Shown here one piece after another: positions 41,431 through 55,695 of a stretch of DNA of 64,000 nucleotides (its first letter is position 1; the number at the start of each line of letters is the position of its first letter). Below the pieces are notes generated by a model that worked only from the letters and a program-made list of their open reading frames with translations, ran no database searches and was not told where the DNA came from. Position numbers and translations under genes: made by a program. The stretch comes from the human T2T-CHM13v2.0 reference genome, Homo sapiens, in assembly GCF_009914755.1 (NCBI RefSeq), contig NC_060926.1, one strand, 5' to 3'.

Positions 41431-44400
41431 AATATCACTGGAAGTAACAGGATGTTGCCTTACGTGTTCAGAATGTTCAGAAGCAAAATGTACCTATTGT
41501 AAAATTGACCCAATCCAGTTTCTCTCTTTTACAAATGGGGAAAGATAGATGTCTTTGTCACAAGTGGGTAGACAAACTGCCAAATACCACCTATATTTTT
41601 GGGTCAGAGACAGATTGGAACTCCACCAAGAGAAACTGGGCATTCATACTCGGTCTATTTCCATGGCAGGGACAAAACAATTCTAATCTTACTGATCATT
41701 TCATTAAAGAATAAAGCAATCTCAGGGCATTAACTGCTGACAGTAATGCAGACCATGGATTTCACGGATTAACCAAACCACAAACAATCTAGAACATGCC
41801 CACAGAACAATTCTTTGTTTGTGTAGTACAGGAGGCAAAAAAGCAATCAGTATGACTTGAACTGCTGGGTTTAATTACTCAATATAACACTTGCCATTTA
41901 AAAATCCATATGCCCATCAGCATGGCAACAGTCTCTCATAAAGATTCCGGTATCATATGGCACAATTTGTACGGTAATCCCACATTTCCCAAGCACTTTC
42001 ACATATATTAGTGCACCTTATCCTTACAATAGCCCTGTGAGGTAGATAGTAATTATTGACAAACTGAAAGGTTTGTTATAATCAAAAGTTTATTACTGGC
42101 AGAATGCAAATATCCTGAAATGTATCTGATATACTCTTGGTTTCATGCAAAATAAGATATGTATCACCCCTTAGAGTTTGTTAAAACAATTTTAAACCCT
42201 AAAATATTCATTAAGTTTTTTTAATGGAAAATGATTCATGCAATGCTAGTTTAAATGCTGAATTTGAGGTTAAAAAAGAAAATGTATCAAGTAGTCAGCC
42301 TTTACTACTTTGAATATCAAGCATACAGATCCTGATTTATTTCATCAAAATGGTTTCCTAGCTATACCAAAGGCTAGATCCTTTTCCCTATACAATGGCT
42401 CAGGTGAAAAATAGTTACTATAGTGACATACCACAGTGAAGAGTTGAAAATTTGAAGTTTTCAAAAATTAATATTATGTTTGTTCACATGCTAATTAAAA
42501 TGAATCCACAGTTGTTATTCCTCATTGTTATTGTTTATTGACACTTTTACCCTTTCTCTTTCCTAAAGCCTCAAACTCTCTAAATTTTGGCAAAACTTCT
42601 GTGTTATTCTTTCTGTGAGAAAAACTTCAAATAAACTTCCAAAATTTTTTTTCTGGGTACAGTGAACATAGCTAGAACAGTTACTATGTGAAGAGAATGC
42701 TATTAAAGTCAATTATTACAAAGAAGCACTTAGACACACAATAATTTATCAAAGTTTTTATTCAACGTAATATTATCAACAGGTTCAGATAAGAATATAA
42801 GTTTTTCTCATGGGAGAAACTCCATCTGAGTCTCTAATTAAATAACTTTTGTATAGTTCCTTTTCTTCTCTGCACAAAAGATCTTTTTTCTGTCCATTCT
42901 TGCCCTCCTTCTTTCTTTGTTGATACTATTTACTCCCAAGCCTGCCTCTGAACTCTGTCTAATTAGCTCTTGATAGATCTGCTGCCCTGTTTCCACAAAC
43001 ATTTAATTCTGCCGTCAGTCCCATTTACATTACAGCATGTTGCATTGTCTTTTACCAGCCTAATTTTGTTTGAGTGAATGTAAATCCCATTAAGCAGTCA
43101 CCTATTAGACTATGGCATATAAACTCCAAAAGCCTCTTTATTACAAGAGTGAACATAAGGCCCAATTGATAAAAGATTTCTGGGGCATTTCCATTTGTGG
43201 TGTACTTCAAATATTCTGTCTGCTTTAAACTTAGCTCATGTTTTTGAAGTATTTGACAGACTATTTGAGTATCTTTTTGCCTGTGTATTCCATAGCATGA
43301 AATACATAACCATCATTTGCTTGTTGTCTTTGGAAGTTTACTTATACCTAAACATAAGTTAAATATGTATTTCTTCCTCTTTAGTTATTTTATTTTTCCT
43401 TTGTAACCTGACCACATTATTTTTGAGCACTGCATAAAGGTGTTTACAAATAACAGGATGGCTGGCAGAATCTTCTCGGAAAAGCTCTTTATGAATACTA
43501 AATAATTGTCCAGAAGTTCAGTAAGCCTCAGTGTTTTAAGCTGAACTTTCTGGAGAGAGGTAAGACATAGCATCTTGACAGGCAGCCCTTCAAATGGCAA
43601 GTAGCTATGGGCATCAGAGACAGACAGGTTTCTCTCATAACCTTAATGTAATTTGATAGCTCAAAACGAATAAAAACAAGATGTAAGATATCATTAGAAG
43701 CCTTGGAAAGACCAGGTGGTCTGATATTTACATCAATATGATCAATATACTCAATCAGATTAGTGCCAGGTACCAGTTTTAAATGAAGGCTCAGTTATAG
43801 ACTTTCGCCAAAACAGAGCTAATCATTCAGCACTATGGTCACATAATCACGTGGTTGAAGGTAAGGGTGAGAATGGCTCTCTTTCCATTTCCTCCTGGTA
43901 ATTAACTCAGAAAGACATCCATGAAGTGCAAACCCTCACACACAAAATTATTTCTCACCCCTGCAGGCTTGTCAAAGCCAATATTTCAGAAAAGCACAGG
44001 TTGCTGAAGGGGACTGTGATTTTTTTTTTTTTGCCTGCTGTGAGTCCCTAAGGACAACAAACATTCTAAGAGAGACTGTAGCCAAAATTGCTAATAACTT
44101 CACACAGTTCTTTTGCCATAATGACAAAATTCAAGGGAAGACTGAATAGAGTAGTGGGTTAGGTGGTAAGCCAGTTATTTGAGCAGGAATGAAAATATAT
44201 ATGGTCCCAAATGCTAGTTACGAAGTCAACCTGGATTAAAAATCTAAAAAATGATTATGACAAATATATGGAATGCAAAGTCAATAACAGATATTCAGTT
44301 TGTTAAAAATGAGGGCTTACAATATTTTAAGAGGAGGAAAAATTATAAAAAAATTGAGCATCAAAAATTGATTTATAAAGTAAGAATTTGCATCAATACC

Positions 44401-45119
44401 TAGCCATACCTACAATATACAGCTTGGTATTCGAGTAGAATAGATTTTATATAACTCTAGACTCTCTAATATTCAGGCTCAAAAATACCCAGTAATAGAT
44501 ATCAAAACAAATTTCTTGGATGATAGGCCCCTTATTTCTTTCTACATATGTTTTGATTTGGGTCAATGGCTTGGCTAGATATTATATGTATGATTTGACA
44601 TGATTGTTTATCTTTCTGTCCTTTACATAGCATTAAGGACATTTATTCGACACAGATATAGTCAAATGTCATAATGGGCAACATGAGTTACACGTTGGCT
44701 CCCTTGAGTGTCTCCTCATAATCACTTCAAATCTTACTGAGACCGAGATTTCAAAGCAAGAGGTACATATTAATTCAGGGTTACTTGTTAACAAAACAGG
44801 CAGCTAACTACTATTACATTGGTTCTTACGGTTTACTGAAGCATTAAACATTAACATTATTATTATGAAATACAACCAATATCAGAAGGAAATTATTTTT
44901 TAAAACAGTACAAATATTTTAAGTGGGCCTACAAGAAACCTTAGTGATTCATAATAAGTATATTGAACGAATTTGAAATTCAGTGAACACATCAAAGTTT
45001 CTAGACCCACATAAGTTTCTGTACTACCCATAACATTTATAAAAGCAACTTCAGTAACTTTTTCAAAAAGGTATCTCTGTGTTATATCTGGACACAATAC
45101 ATATAAAATATAAATATAG

Positions 45120-45222
45120 ATGGGTTGCATAACCTCTCTGAGCCTCAGTTTTCTCTTTTACAATGGAGAAAATGCATATTAAAGTTGTTCAGATTAAATG
45201 AGATGATTACATAAGTGCTGAC
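45120..45222 (+). mobile_element. MIR core fragment
   Basis: aacctctctgagcctcagttttctc...gattaaatgagatgat. Confidence 0.75.
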
Positions 45223-45548
<326 letters not shown>

Positions 45549-45595
45549 AGTGACTTCTTAATATATATCCTAAAGCGCAAGAGGCACTGGATATT

Positions 45596-45945
45596 TGTGG
45601 AGTCTTGATAACCACCAGGGAGGGGCCCAAGGTAGGAGAGAACAATTGTTCTGAGAGACAAGTAACCATAAACAACGCGCTGACACAACGACCTTCCTCC
45701 ACAGGTAGCCCAAATGGCACAACCTCGATCAGCATGTAGCCCCCTCCAGAAGACCTTATAAAACTTCCCTCCAGCCCCTGCCTCTTTGCAGACAGCCCCT
45801 TCTCTGTAGTGCTACATATTGCACCCTTGCAATGAATTTTCATACTTTCTCTAATAAATGTGCCTTTATTTTTCTCCCCCTACAACTGTCTTGGTAAATT
45901 CCTTTACCACCGGCAACACCAGCCCCAGCCAGTCACACTTGTAAG
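45596..45945 (+). mobile_element. ERVL solo LTR, LTR47-like
   Basis: tgtggagtcttgataa...gaacaattgttctgagagaca...TATAAAA cttccctccagcccctgcctctttgcagacagcccc...AATAAA. Confidence 0.8.
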
Positions 45946-46371
45946 AGTACTCAGCAGTGAGCAACACTTATTTTTCACAGAGCTATAGGTGAGAAGACAG
46001 ACAGAAACCCATATGTAAGTATAACTTTTGATAATTTTTGTCACAAACAGTAGTAGCCATAGTTTTGCCTCTCAAATATGCTTTTTGTTCACCTTTCTAT
46101 TAACATAATTTTTTATGTTTTAAAATGAATCTGCTCCAAAAGATTCTTGTGAACTGATCCCTCTGCCTACTCCAAACAGGGGGTAACCTAACAGGCTTCA
46201 TCGCTAGTCAATGAGATGACCTTATTTCCCTATCAATAGTGATAGGAGGTATCCAGTAAGAGGCGTGCTCTTTGCAATAAAAACACAACTATGGATATAA
46301 TATGAAAAAAAATAACTGCTTTGAACCTTTTCTGTCACAATTCCAGAAAAGACTGCCTAAGAATTAGGCCA

Positions 46372-46710
46372 ATAAAAAAGAACGACATTATGTCCTTTGC
46401 AGGGACATGGATGGAGTTGGAAGCCATTATCCTGAGCAAACTAACATGAAATACTTAACATGTTTTCACTTATAAGTGGGAGTTAAATGATGAAAACACA
46501 CGGACACATAGAGGGCAACAACACGCACTGGGGCCTTTTGGAGGGTGGAGCATGGAAGGAGGGAGAGGATCAGTAAAAACACCTAATGGGCACGAGGCTT
46601 AATACCTGGGCTATGAAATAATCTGTACAACAGACCTCCGTTACAAAAGTTCACCTGTGTAACAAACCTGCACTTGTACCCCAGAACTTAAAATAAATGT
46701 TAGAAAAAGA
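46372..46710 (+). mobile_element. L1PA (L1PA13-like) 3' end
   Basis: atgtcctttgcagggacatggatggagttggaagccattatc...taacaaacctgcacttgtaccccagaacttaaaataaa. Confidence 0.9.
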
Positions 46711-46719
46711 AAAGGAATG

Positions 46720-46912
46720 AGATGAGAAGAGAGAAAATCAGAGTTGAGATTTTAAGATAGTAAGAGTGTCCTGCTGACATGAGACATGGTTTCAGCCCTG
46801 GATCTATCTGTGCTTAAGGCCTAATATGCTCCTGGACTTTCATTTTGTGAGTCAAGAAAATCCCTTTGCTTGTGCTAGTTTAGACTAGGTTTCAGTGTCC
46901 ACAATGCTAATA
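46720..46912 (+). mobile_element. Old MaLR (MLT1J/K-like) 3' fragment
   Basis: gccctggatctatctgtgcttaag...ctggactttcattttgtgagtcaagaaaatcccttt. Confidence 0.5.
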
Positions 46913-47054
46913 CCGCGAGGCACACGGGACAATGGCAAAAGGAGAATAGGTTAGTGTTTCAAGGAGAGAAAATATTACGAGGGCTCTATCTAAGGAAAAT
47001 GTTAGTGTGCTTGAGGAACCACGAACATACTATTAACATCACTGTCACTACTAC

Positions 47055-47387
47055 TGAGACAGCCAAGTAAAAAGGGCTCCCTGGCAGAAGCTCCCACAGG
47101 CCTGAGCACTGGGAGGAATGCGCACTGGGGTGGAGCCTCAGGAAGTTCATGCCTTTTGCAGTGGGGAGGAGCCTGGCCTCTCCTGTTCCAGCGTAGTAAC
47201 CTGGAATTCAGTGTGCGAGGTGGAAAACTGGCTAGCCGGCTTCTCGCTTTGCTGATAGTCCTTCTTTCCCTTTTCATCCAATAAACCCTGTCCTGGTCAC
47301 CCTTCAAAGTGTCTGTGAGCCTAATTTGTCATGGTTGTGTGACGAGAACCCCGTTTTTAGCTCAACTAAAGACAAAGTTCTACAACA
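47055..47387 (+). mobile_element. ERV1 solo LTR, MER61-like
   Basis: tgagacagcca...gcactgggaggaatgcgcactggggtggagcc...ggggaggagcctggcc...caataaa...tacaaca; approximate 4-bp TSD ctac/ccac. Confidence 0.88.
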
Positions 47388-49300
47388 CCACTATAACCCT
47401 TTATAGCTTCTAGATCTTGATCTAAGGCCCTGGGAATGATACTCCTACCTAAAAAGAGTTTCCCACCAAGACTACCTGTTTATTTCCAATTTGTATCTCA
47501 TTTAATCTATTGTGCTATCAAATGCAAGGACATTTTTCTAGATGCAGATGTTATATATTAAAAGAAAGGGAGGAAAGAGAAAGGCTTGGTTCTGGAAGAG
47601 GATAGAGAGTGTGAAGCCTTGTAAGCCACCAGACTGACAGAAAGCCGTGGGCAACCCTAGGAGACTGAGAAAAAGAAACCTCCTGACAACACAGCCAAGC
47701 AGAACACCAGAAAGAACTACCTACGCCCCAAGTTTCCCTAAGGCCAGCCGTGGCTACATAATTCGTCATATACTATAAATGAAATGGGTGTAGTTTGAAA
47801 TATTGCTTTCCACTAATATTAATTTCAAGAATCTACTTTTTTAAAATGAATATAATAACTTTGAAATCTGTTTTTGCTGCTTTTCCTGATTTTTTAAATA
47901 CTCATACAATAGTCTGGTAACTGGTATTCTTTTTAAGCAGAGAACTCCTGGATTCAAATACCTGATAATTAAAGGATCTTTTGATATTTTGGCAGTTACT
48001 CTCACTAAAAGAAGTTACATTCAGCAGATTAGAATGATTCATGAGAAATTCTTGGTTAGTAAATATTTAATCCAGATTTTATAATTGCCTAAATCTCTTT
48101 ATAGGTTATTTCTTGCAATATTTCAAGATCCTGAGTCAGCCATGCTTATACAAGCAAACTTTTATTTACTGTGTTTCTTTGTGCATCTCTGGTGACTATT
48201 AACATAGTACCTGAATGAGACAGTTTAAATTCAAAGGAAGTTTTTGCCTGAAGGAGAACAGAAGAATTGGGCTCAATGGGAATTCTATATGAGTATCTGA
48301 GGGCAGAATTTAGGCTACTGGAAGGGCAGTTAGTAGCTAGGGATTTAAACCACTACAACAAAGTTTTAAGGAAGAAAAGAGGTGGCAATATTATTGGGGC
48401 TTTTTTGTTCCCTTACTTTCCCCAAGTAGAATTATTTTGAAAAAACAAAAAACTTAATTGCACAGAGTATTCTCAAATTATGTCATCCTGAAATCTGTCT
48501 TGAATGTCATTCAGATTCTCTATAGTACAGCTTTTATAGATTTAACTGATACCAAATCTTTCAGCCTTGCAGAAGTAATATGAAAATATAAGGAAAACAA
48601 CTCCTCTACTCGTAGCATATGTCTAAATACTTTATTATAAAAATGTCATATTTAAGTTTAAGAGCCAATAATTTATATAGTAAAATTCCTAGTATTTTTC
48701 AGCAGAAAAAAGAAATATAACACACACTTATTTCCCCAGCATTAAATTAGCATGTTTCAGCCTTAATATTCTCATATTTGTATTCTTTTAACTACAGAAA
48801 TCATACATGTAGTTTTATATTTTTTAAAGGCAAAGAGTGGGGAATAAAACAATGTTCTTTTTGACATCTGTAGATTGTTCTGTTTCCTTCTTTTCCTGTC
48901 CACAAAGCCACCACTGTAAGTCTGACCAGTATCGTTCCAACGACTTCTACGTGTACAGATATATATGTATACACACAGTAGTACATAGCATTGTGTGATA
49001 TATATATGAAGTAGTCTTTACCACATCAAAAGACAAAGTGAAAGAAATTACAAATTTAAAATCCAGAATGTAAACTAAAAATTCTAGATTCAGACTTCAG
49101 TGGAAGGAAGAAATAATCTCTCTTGTTTAATAGCAATAGATTCTGTGCCCTAGGGAAGGGAAGCTCCTTAGGGCACATAGCTAATTAGTGAAAGAGTTCT
49201 AGTGGGACAAGATCTCTTATTTTCTAGTGCAATGCATTTTCCATAGCAACAGGCCAATAATCGCTAAGTCACGTATCACATACTATACTATATTTCTTTT

Positions 49301-49327
49301 CGTGTGTGTGTGTGTGTGCGTGTGTGC
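49301..49327. repeat. (TG)n microsatellite
   Basis: cgtgtgtgtgtgtgtgtgcgtgtgtgc. Confidence 0.85.
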
Positions 49328-49837
49328 ACGTACACATGCAAGTGATGTGTGAGTAGAGAAATCACATATTGGATTACTTAAGTTAAAAAAGAAAATATGT
49401 GACATTCTGTTCAATGTAAAAAAACAAATAACGAACATATACCATGCAGTAGGCATTATGCCAGCCAGTGTAAGAGCAAAGAAAATCAAAGGAGAAAAAA
49501 AAATGTCTATTCTCATTGGGCTTATAGTTTAACGGAACAAGATTGAAAAACACAGCCACAATGATTGTGAGTGTGTGTTTTAGTGTGTAAAAAATATTAA
49601 TTTAGTTAAAAGTTACACAAGACCCCAGAGACAAGGCAACTGTTTCCATACCTATGTATGTTTTCTATGGCTACTTCTTCCAAATATGGCCTCTACCAAC
49701 ACACATTGCCCAATAAAGTAGGGAACTTACTATGGGAAAAGGAGCTGTGCCTCAGCAATGTAGGCAGAGTATGTGAACGTCAAGTCATAACACCCATATC
49801 TCTCCAAGCATATTTAACATTGAAATAACTTTAACAC

Positions 49838-49926
49838 AGCCCATGACAAGTTTAAGGCAACAACACTTCCTATAGACTCATGGCAAGTGTTCCTATAGCC
49901 CATGGCAACAATACTTCCTATAGACT
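49838..49926. repeat. Short degenerate tandem repeat (~23-25 bp units)
   Basis: ggcaacaa(c/t)acttcctatagact at 49856-49878 and 49904-49926, with catggcaagtgttcctatagcc between. Confidence 0.8.
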
Positions 49927-50929
49927 ATACTAAATAACAAAGAAGAAGTACAAATGATTCTAACGAACAGTTATATAAGTTGATAGTCCTGAATATATTT
50001 TAATCAGCTTTAGCATAATCCTATCATGTATTTTAAAAAGTCTTTTTACTAGATATTTTTAATGGAAAGTGAACAATTTGCATTAAAATTAAGTTAATTT
50101 TGTTGTTAATGCTAAATTAGACCCATTTGTGCAAGGATGATAAAACATGCTTTAATTGTGTAGTTGCATCACAGGTGCCATTTAGTTTGTTCTTTCAAAC
50201 ATTATCTCTGTAAATATACATATTTTTTCTTTCTTTTATATGGAAGTAAATTAATTAGATGTCATCTGTAGCACAATGCTGGACACAAAGCAGGTGCTCA
50301 AAAATAATCATTTGATGAACATTAGAGATTTTTGGGGTTTTTCTGAGTTACAAAGTCTGAATATTTATAACCATATACTAATTTAAATTGAATACTTAGC
50401 CAGAGAAATCGAATTTAACAGACTATATAGCAAATTCCTGATAGCACTGTACCCATAACATCTTAAATGTTGCAGGATGTATAACTCTATTTTTCAAAAA
50501 TATTTTATTAGGCTCTTTCAGAACAATTGTAGGGAAGAAAAGAAATTTCAGAAAAAGGAACAGTTTGTAGTTTGTGGACTGTTACAATTAATCATTACAC
50601 TATGAATTAGATCATATCTGTTATACAGATGAAAGAACTGAGGTTGAATGACTATAATCCTTAATGCCTTTGGTTGTAATTCTGGAAAAACATTTCTGAA
50701 AAAAAGCTAATTTTGCTTTTTTTAAATTTTTTTCTGAAAAACTGAAACAATTTTTAAGTCAGAAAATCCAACTTTCTCCATTATCAAACACCTCTTCTGA
50801 CTTCTACTTATGATTTCTAGCCGCCAAAAATGCCTCTGGCATAAAGATTTTTGTATATGTTTTTAAAGTATAATTTTAAATCACACTTCTATTTGATAAT
50901 TGGAAAGATGCTTAAAAAAAGATCTTTCC

Positions 50930-51070
50930 TAACCTTTTCATCTTATACATAAAAAATGAGGCTCAGAGAAGTGAAATATTTTGCTAAACATCAGAATATA
51001 ATACTGGCAGATGTGTAACAAGAATTGAATCCTCACTACTAGTTCAATGATCTCTGAATGCTCCACTTCT
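50930..51070 (-). mobile_element. MIR core fragment
   Basis: aaaaatgaggctcagagaagtgaaatattttgct...tactggcag. Confidence 0.55.
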
Positions 51071-51931
51071 ACCAATTTCCAGAATTAATATTGCAGTTAA
51101 TTTCTAGTACCTTTAGTGATATAATTATAGATAAAAAATAGTAATGACATAATCAAGGATGCCTTAATATCTCTATTAAAATTAGTTTAGATCTAAAATC
51201 AACCAATATCAAAAATTATGAAAAATACAAAGTAAATTGGGTAACAGGAAAAAAACACAGTTATATTTAATTATAAGTACACAGCAGCAAACAGTTCAGA
51301 TTGTTGATGCTTTTGATGACCATTAATGCAAAAGGATTATGGATTATGGCACTGTATTATGAATAGACAAAAAGATTAGTGAAAAGTTGTTTAGCCTAGT
51401 AGACATTTTGACGCTTTCTGCGTGAAATTGAAAGATAAACCAGAGAACCATTGAAAGTTCATGTATCAATTAATAGGTCAAGTAAAAATGTATCTAAAAT
51501 TCAACAAGAAGAGATTGTTTTCTATTTCAGTTTTCAAATGCAAGGTAGTGAACTGAAATCAAATCAACAAAATAAATGGTCCCAAGGACTCTTATTATAA
51601 GTATACAAATGTGTAACTCCCAGGAAATGAAAATATAAATGGGTATAAATGAGAAGAAGCTATAAAAACAAAGCAATCCAAACTACAAATAAAGCCTAAT
51701 CTACTGACAGTAGCTCCACATAATAACCTAGAACAATTTTTAAATAAATAAAACTCAAGCATTAGCTGACAAAAATTACGAATGAAGACCTAAGAAGTAA
51801 AAAAATCTACTTAAATATATTTCCAAGCATATAAGTATTTTTTTAACTTATGATGTGGGAGCTGCTCATTGTATAAGATTAATAAAAAGGATTTCAGAAA
51901 AACATTTACTTAAAAAATCATAAATATTAAT

Positions 51932-52034
51932 CATATTTTTAAAATTCCATAATAAAAATCTCATCTCACAATTTAATGTAGCATATATTAAAAATATTCC
52001 ATAATAAAAATCTGATCTCATAATTTAATATAGC
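51932..52034. repeat. ~52-bp tandem duplication
   Basis: attccataataaaaatct(c/g)atctca(c/t)aatttaat(g/a)tagc occurs twice. Confidence 0.88.
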
Positions 52035-52203
52035 TTTCAATAATAGAAAAATAGCTCCAAATCACCTTCTAAAAAACTTCATTAAACTGACACAGACAAC
52101 AAATCTTATTAAAAATTTATACAAAACAACCATCATCATATACAATTTTCTTCACATCTCAATAAACATTAACTAATGCAGTTGAGTGAAAGTCATACAT
52201 ATT

Positions 52204-52626
<423 letters not shown>

Positions 52627-54199
52627 TCAGAATCAGAATTGACACTAAATACAAAAATTTATATTTTCTTCAACAGTATTAAATTTACCAAGTAATAAAG
52701 AGGATAATCTCTTGCATTTACTGTTACGATACCATTATAGAAATAAAATAAAGCTAATTTCCAAGGATATCATTTCTGTTCTACTTTTATTTTGCTGTTA
52801 AGAATATACAAATATGGAACAAATACAAGGTTTTATTACACAATTCATTCCAATGGAAAAACTATGTAGAAGCATCTAACATGCAAACCATTTTATGGAT
52901 TGCCTATTTATTTTATTTGAAATAGTAAATATTAGAGATAAAACAAAAAGTACACTAAAATTGAGAAATTCGTGTCTCTATTTCTACCCAAATAATCTTA
53001 AATATATTCAAAGAGGGATTTTATTTGGAGTCAATCATCTGATTTTTGTTGTTGTTGTTCTTGTTTCATCTCACTTTGTCTAACAATATTTTGTCTTAAA
53101 TATTAAAATCAGAGTAATTATACTGAAATTATATATACAAAACTGTATTTCAACCTGTAAATTATAATTCTTACTAGCTATTGTCAATCACTCTATGAAA
53201 AGTTGTATCGCTTTAAAATTTGTCAGAAACAGCTTCTTTTATAAATCTGTTCTATCAAAACTATACTTACAATATAAAAAACTCTTCAAAAATTTACTTT
53301 TTAAAATTCCAAAATGTTTAATACTGCCTAGAATTTTAAAATTGTCTTAAAGTTAGAAAAATGATTAAAATATGATAATTAAAAAGTATACTATAACCAA
53401 ATTTTAAAACACCTTATATATAAATAATATAGCTCTATTTGCCTACTCGAAACAGCTTCTAAAGTCAAGTCAGGAAAGCAAATGACTGTAGGGGGTTTGA
53501 TAGAGTGTAAAATCTTGGATGCATAAATCTCATTCAGGTTCACTTCCATATGCCCTGAGGGCAAAGCCAGGCATGAAGTCTTTGCCATATTACCTACTGA
53601 ACTGGGTCATACGTGGTAATATTTGCTGTATGGTCTTGTGATGAGGCAGCATAGGGAGAACCAGCTGGCCAAGGCTAATGCACCATCTGGACTGAAAAAA
53701 TATTGCCAATTCCATTGGCAGAGCAGAAACAGAGTTTGTAATCGAGCTATAAATCACAAGCAGGTCTTGCAAGTTGTCAATTAAAAGTCTGATATATTGA
53801 TGTCCTCAATGCATGGGTGACTTCTTGCTTTTAAAATATTGCTATTTACATAATAGAACTCTTTTAAATATCAATCTCTACCTAATAAAAAATTACTCAA
53901 AGCACCCATAAGAAACAAATTCAGCACATTAAGAAATGTGACTCACAAAACCACAAAAAATGAAGAGAAGACATATATGTTGATCACACAGCTATAGTGG
54001 AATTTCTGTGTTCAAATGACACAGATTTTTGAACCTCAAAATTTAAAACTTCAACTCAAAGAATTTTCACTGATTATATTATCTTCATGTTTCTCTCTGT
54101 TTCAAATGAAAAGAAAACGTATGCATATGCACTTACTCTTTCATACACATACACACACACAAATTATTGTACACTATGCCGCCAAATTACTGACATCAC

Positions 54200-54405
54200 G
54201 ACACAGTGGAAAGAACAGGGGTTTTAGAGTCAAGTAAACCTGAGCTCAAATTCCTGTTCCGTTGCTTACTAGTTCTATGGTATTGTACCAGTTACTTAAT
54301 ATTTGTGAATCACAGTGATGCTGCAGTGATGTTAGAAGGATTAGCAATAATATATGTAAAGTAACAAGTACATAGTAGCTGCACAGTAAATGGCAGCTGC
54401 ATTAC
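54200..54405 (+). mobile_element. MIR SINE
   Basis: cagtggaaagaacaggggttttagagtca...cttactagttctatgg...agttacttaa...taatatatgtaaagt. Confidence 0.7.
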
Positions 54406-55224
54406 TGTGACGTAGGCAAATGATACATTTGGACAATCTTTGATTCTTTGATTTAAATGTTGTATGCATGTTTCTAATCAGAATAAATACGTGAATTTTA
54501 GCCAGAAAGCAGAGAACATAAAACTTAAATTGCTTAGTAATAAAGTTTTTGCCAGCCATTCATCAAAGCCATATTTCATGCAGTTAACTCTTAATGTTTT
54601 GTTGTTTTATTTTTGTTTTTAATTTGTTTTTTGAGGTTATCTCAATTAGATGATCCCAGGATTGATCAAGCTCTGTTGTCTATCTGTAAGAACTTCTTGG
54701 ATAATCACTTGACAACTCAATCAATACGTAATTCATTGAGCATTCGATAGGTGAAGCAGCACTATATTAGGTACTTTATAAATTTAATCTATAATGATGT
54801 ATTAGCAATCATAGGGAACACCATGATGGTCAGTGTTCAGACTTGATGAAGACTGAAGCATGAGAGAGGGCCAGACAGATATTGTAGAGTCCGTGCAGCT
54901 TTCTACTAATTTCTATTTACCAATAAATATGCCTGGGATAATATAGGAGAATTATAGAAAGGAACAAGGAAACTAATCAAGGAGAAAGTAGAGGGTGGTT
55001 TCCAATGAGAGAATTTCATCTGCTTCTAATCTAAAAAAAAAAGACATTGACATATTCAATTTGTAGTGTCTTATATAACAGTTCTTCAGTAATGTAAAGA
55101 ACTATTTCAAGGTCATATATTAGCATTTGGAGGAATATCAAAATTAATATATTCAAGATAACAGAATTAAATCAGTATACCCTCTCCATCCTCTTCTCTC
55201 TCTCTGCCTCTATAACAGATAATT

Positions 55225-55695
55225 TGCACACTCCCTTCCCCAGTCCATTATCTGCCTTGCGCCATAACTCTGCAGGCTGACCCTCTGGACTGCATCTTGT
55301 TTGCCAACTGGCTTCAATCTGAATGTAGACAATCTGAGGAAATCCTCAGGAGAAGTTTGGAGAGCAAGAAGACAGAGACTTTTAGGTGTTCACTAAGGCT
55401 TGGACCAGGGTGAGGCAAGCAAGGCATTCAGGGCATGAAATTTATGAACAAAATCAACCTTAGAGACTAACCACACCCACCAACTCCATCCTAAGTCTTT
55501 GCAACCCTCAAAACTACAGCTCTCTCCAGATAGACTCTCCTTCATGATTTCAACTCTCCTTGGACTGGTCAGCCTGAAGGGTGGTAATGACTCACCAACG
55601 CTACTAATCCTTCTTCACTGTCCCTTATTTTTTTCCCTCCCAGGCTCATAACTCGAGGTTAAACTCTCTTTTATACAAGAACCCTGTCTGATGAA
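55225..55695 (+). mobile_element. ERVL LTR33-like remnant, probably with a small hAT (MER96-like) insert at ~55395-55445
   Basis: gcaggctgaccctctggactgcatc; cagcctgaagggtggtaatgactc; ttaaactctctt...aaccctgtctgat; insert ccagggtgaggcaagcaaggc. Confidence 0.6.

Noticed and set aside
49838-49926. Repeat-spacer-repeat pattern resembling a CRISPR array
   Set aside because: Primate DNA, only two full units, the spacer is itself a degenerate unit, and there are no cas genes
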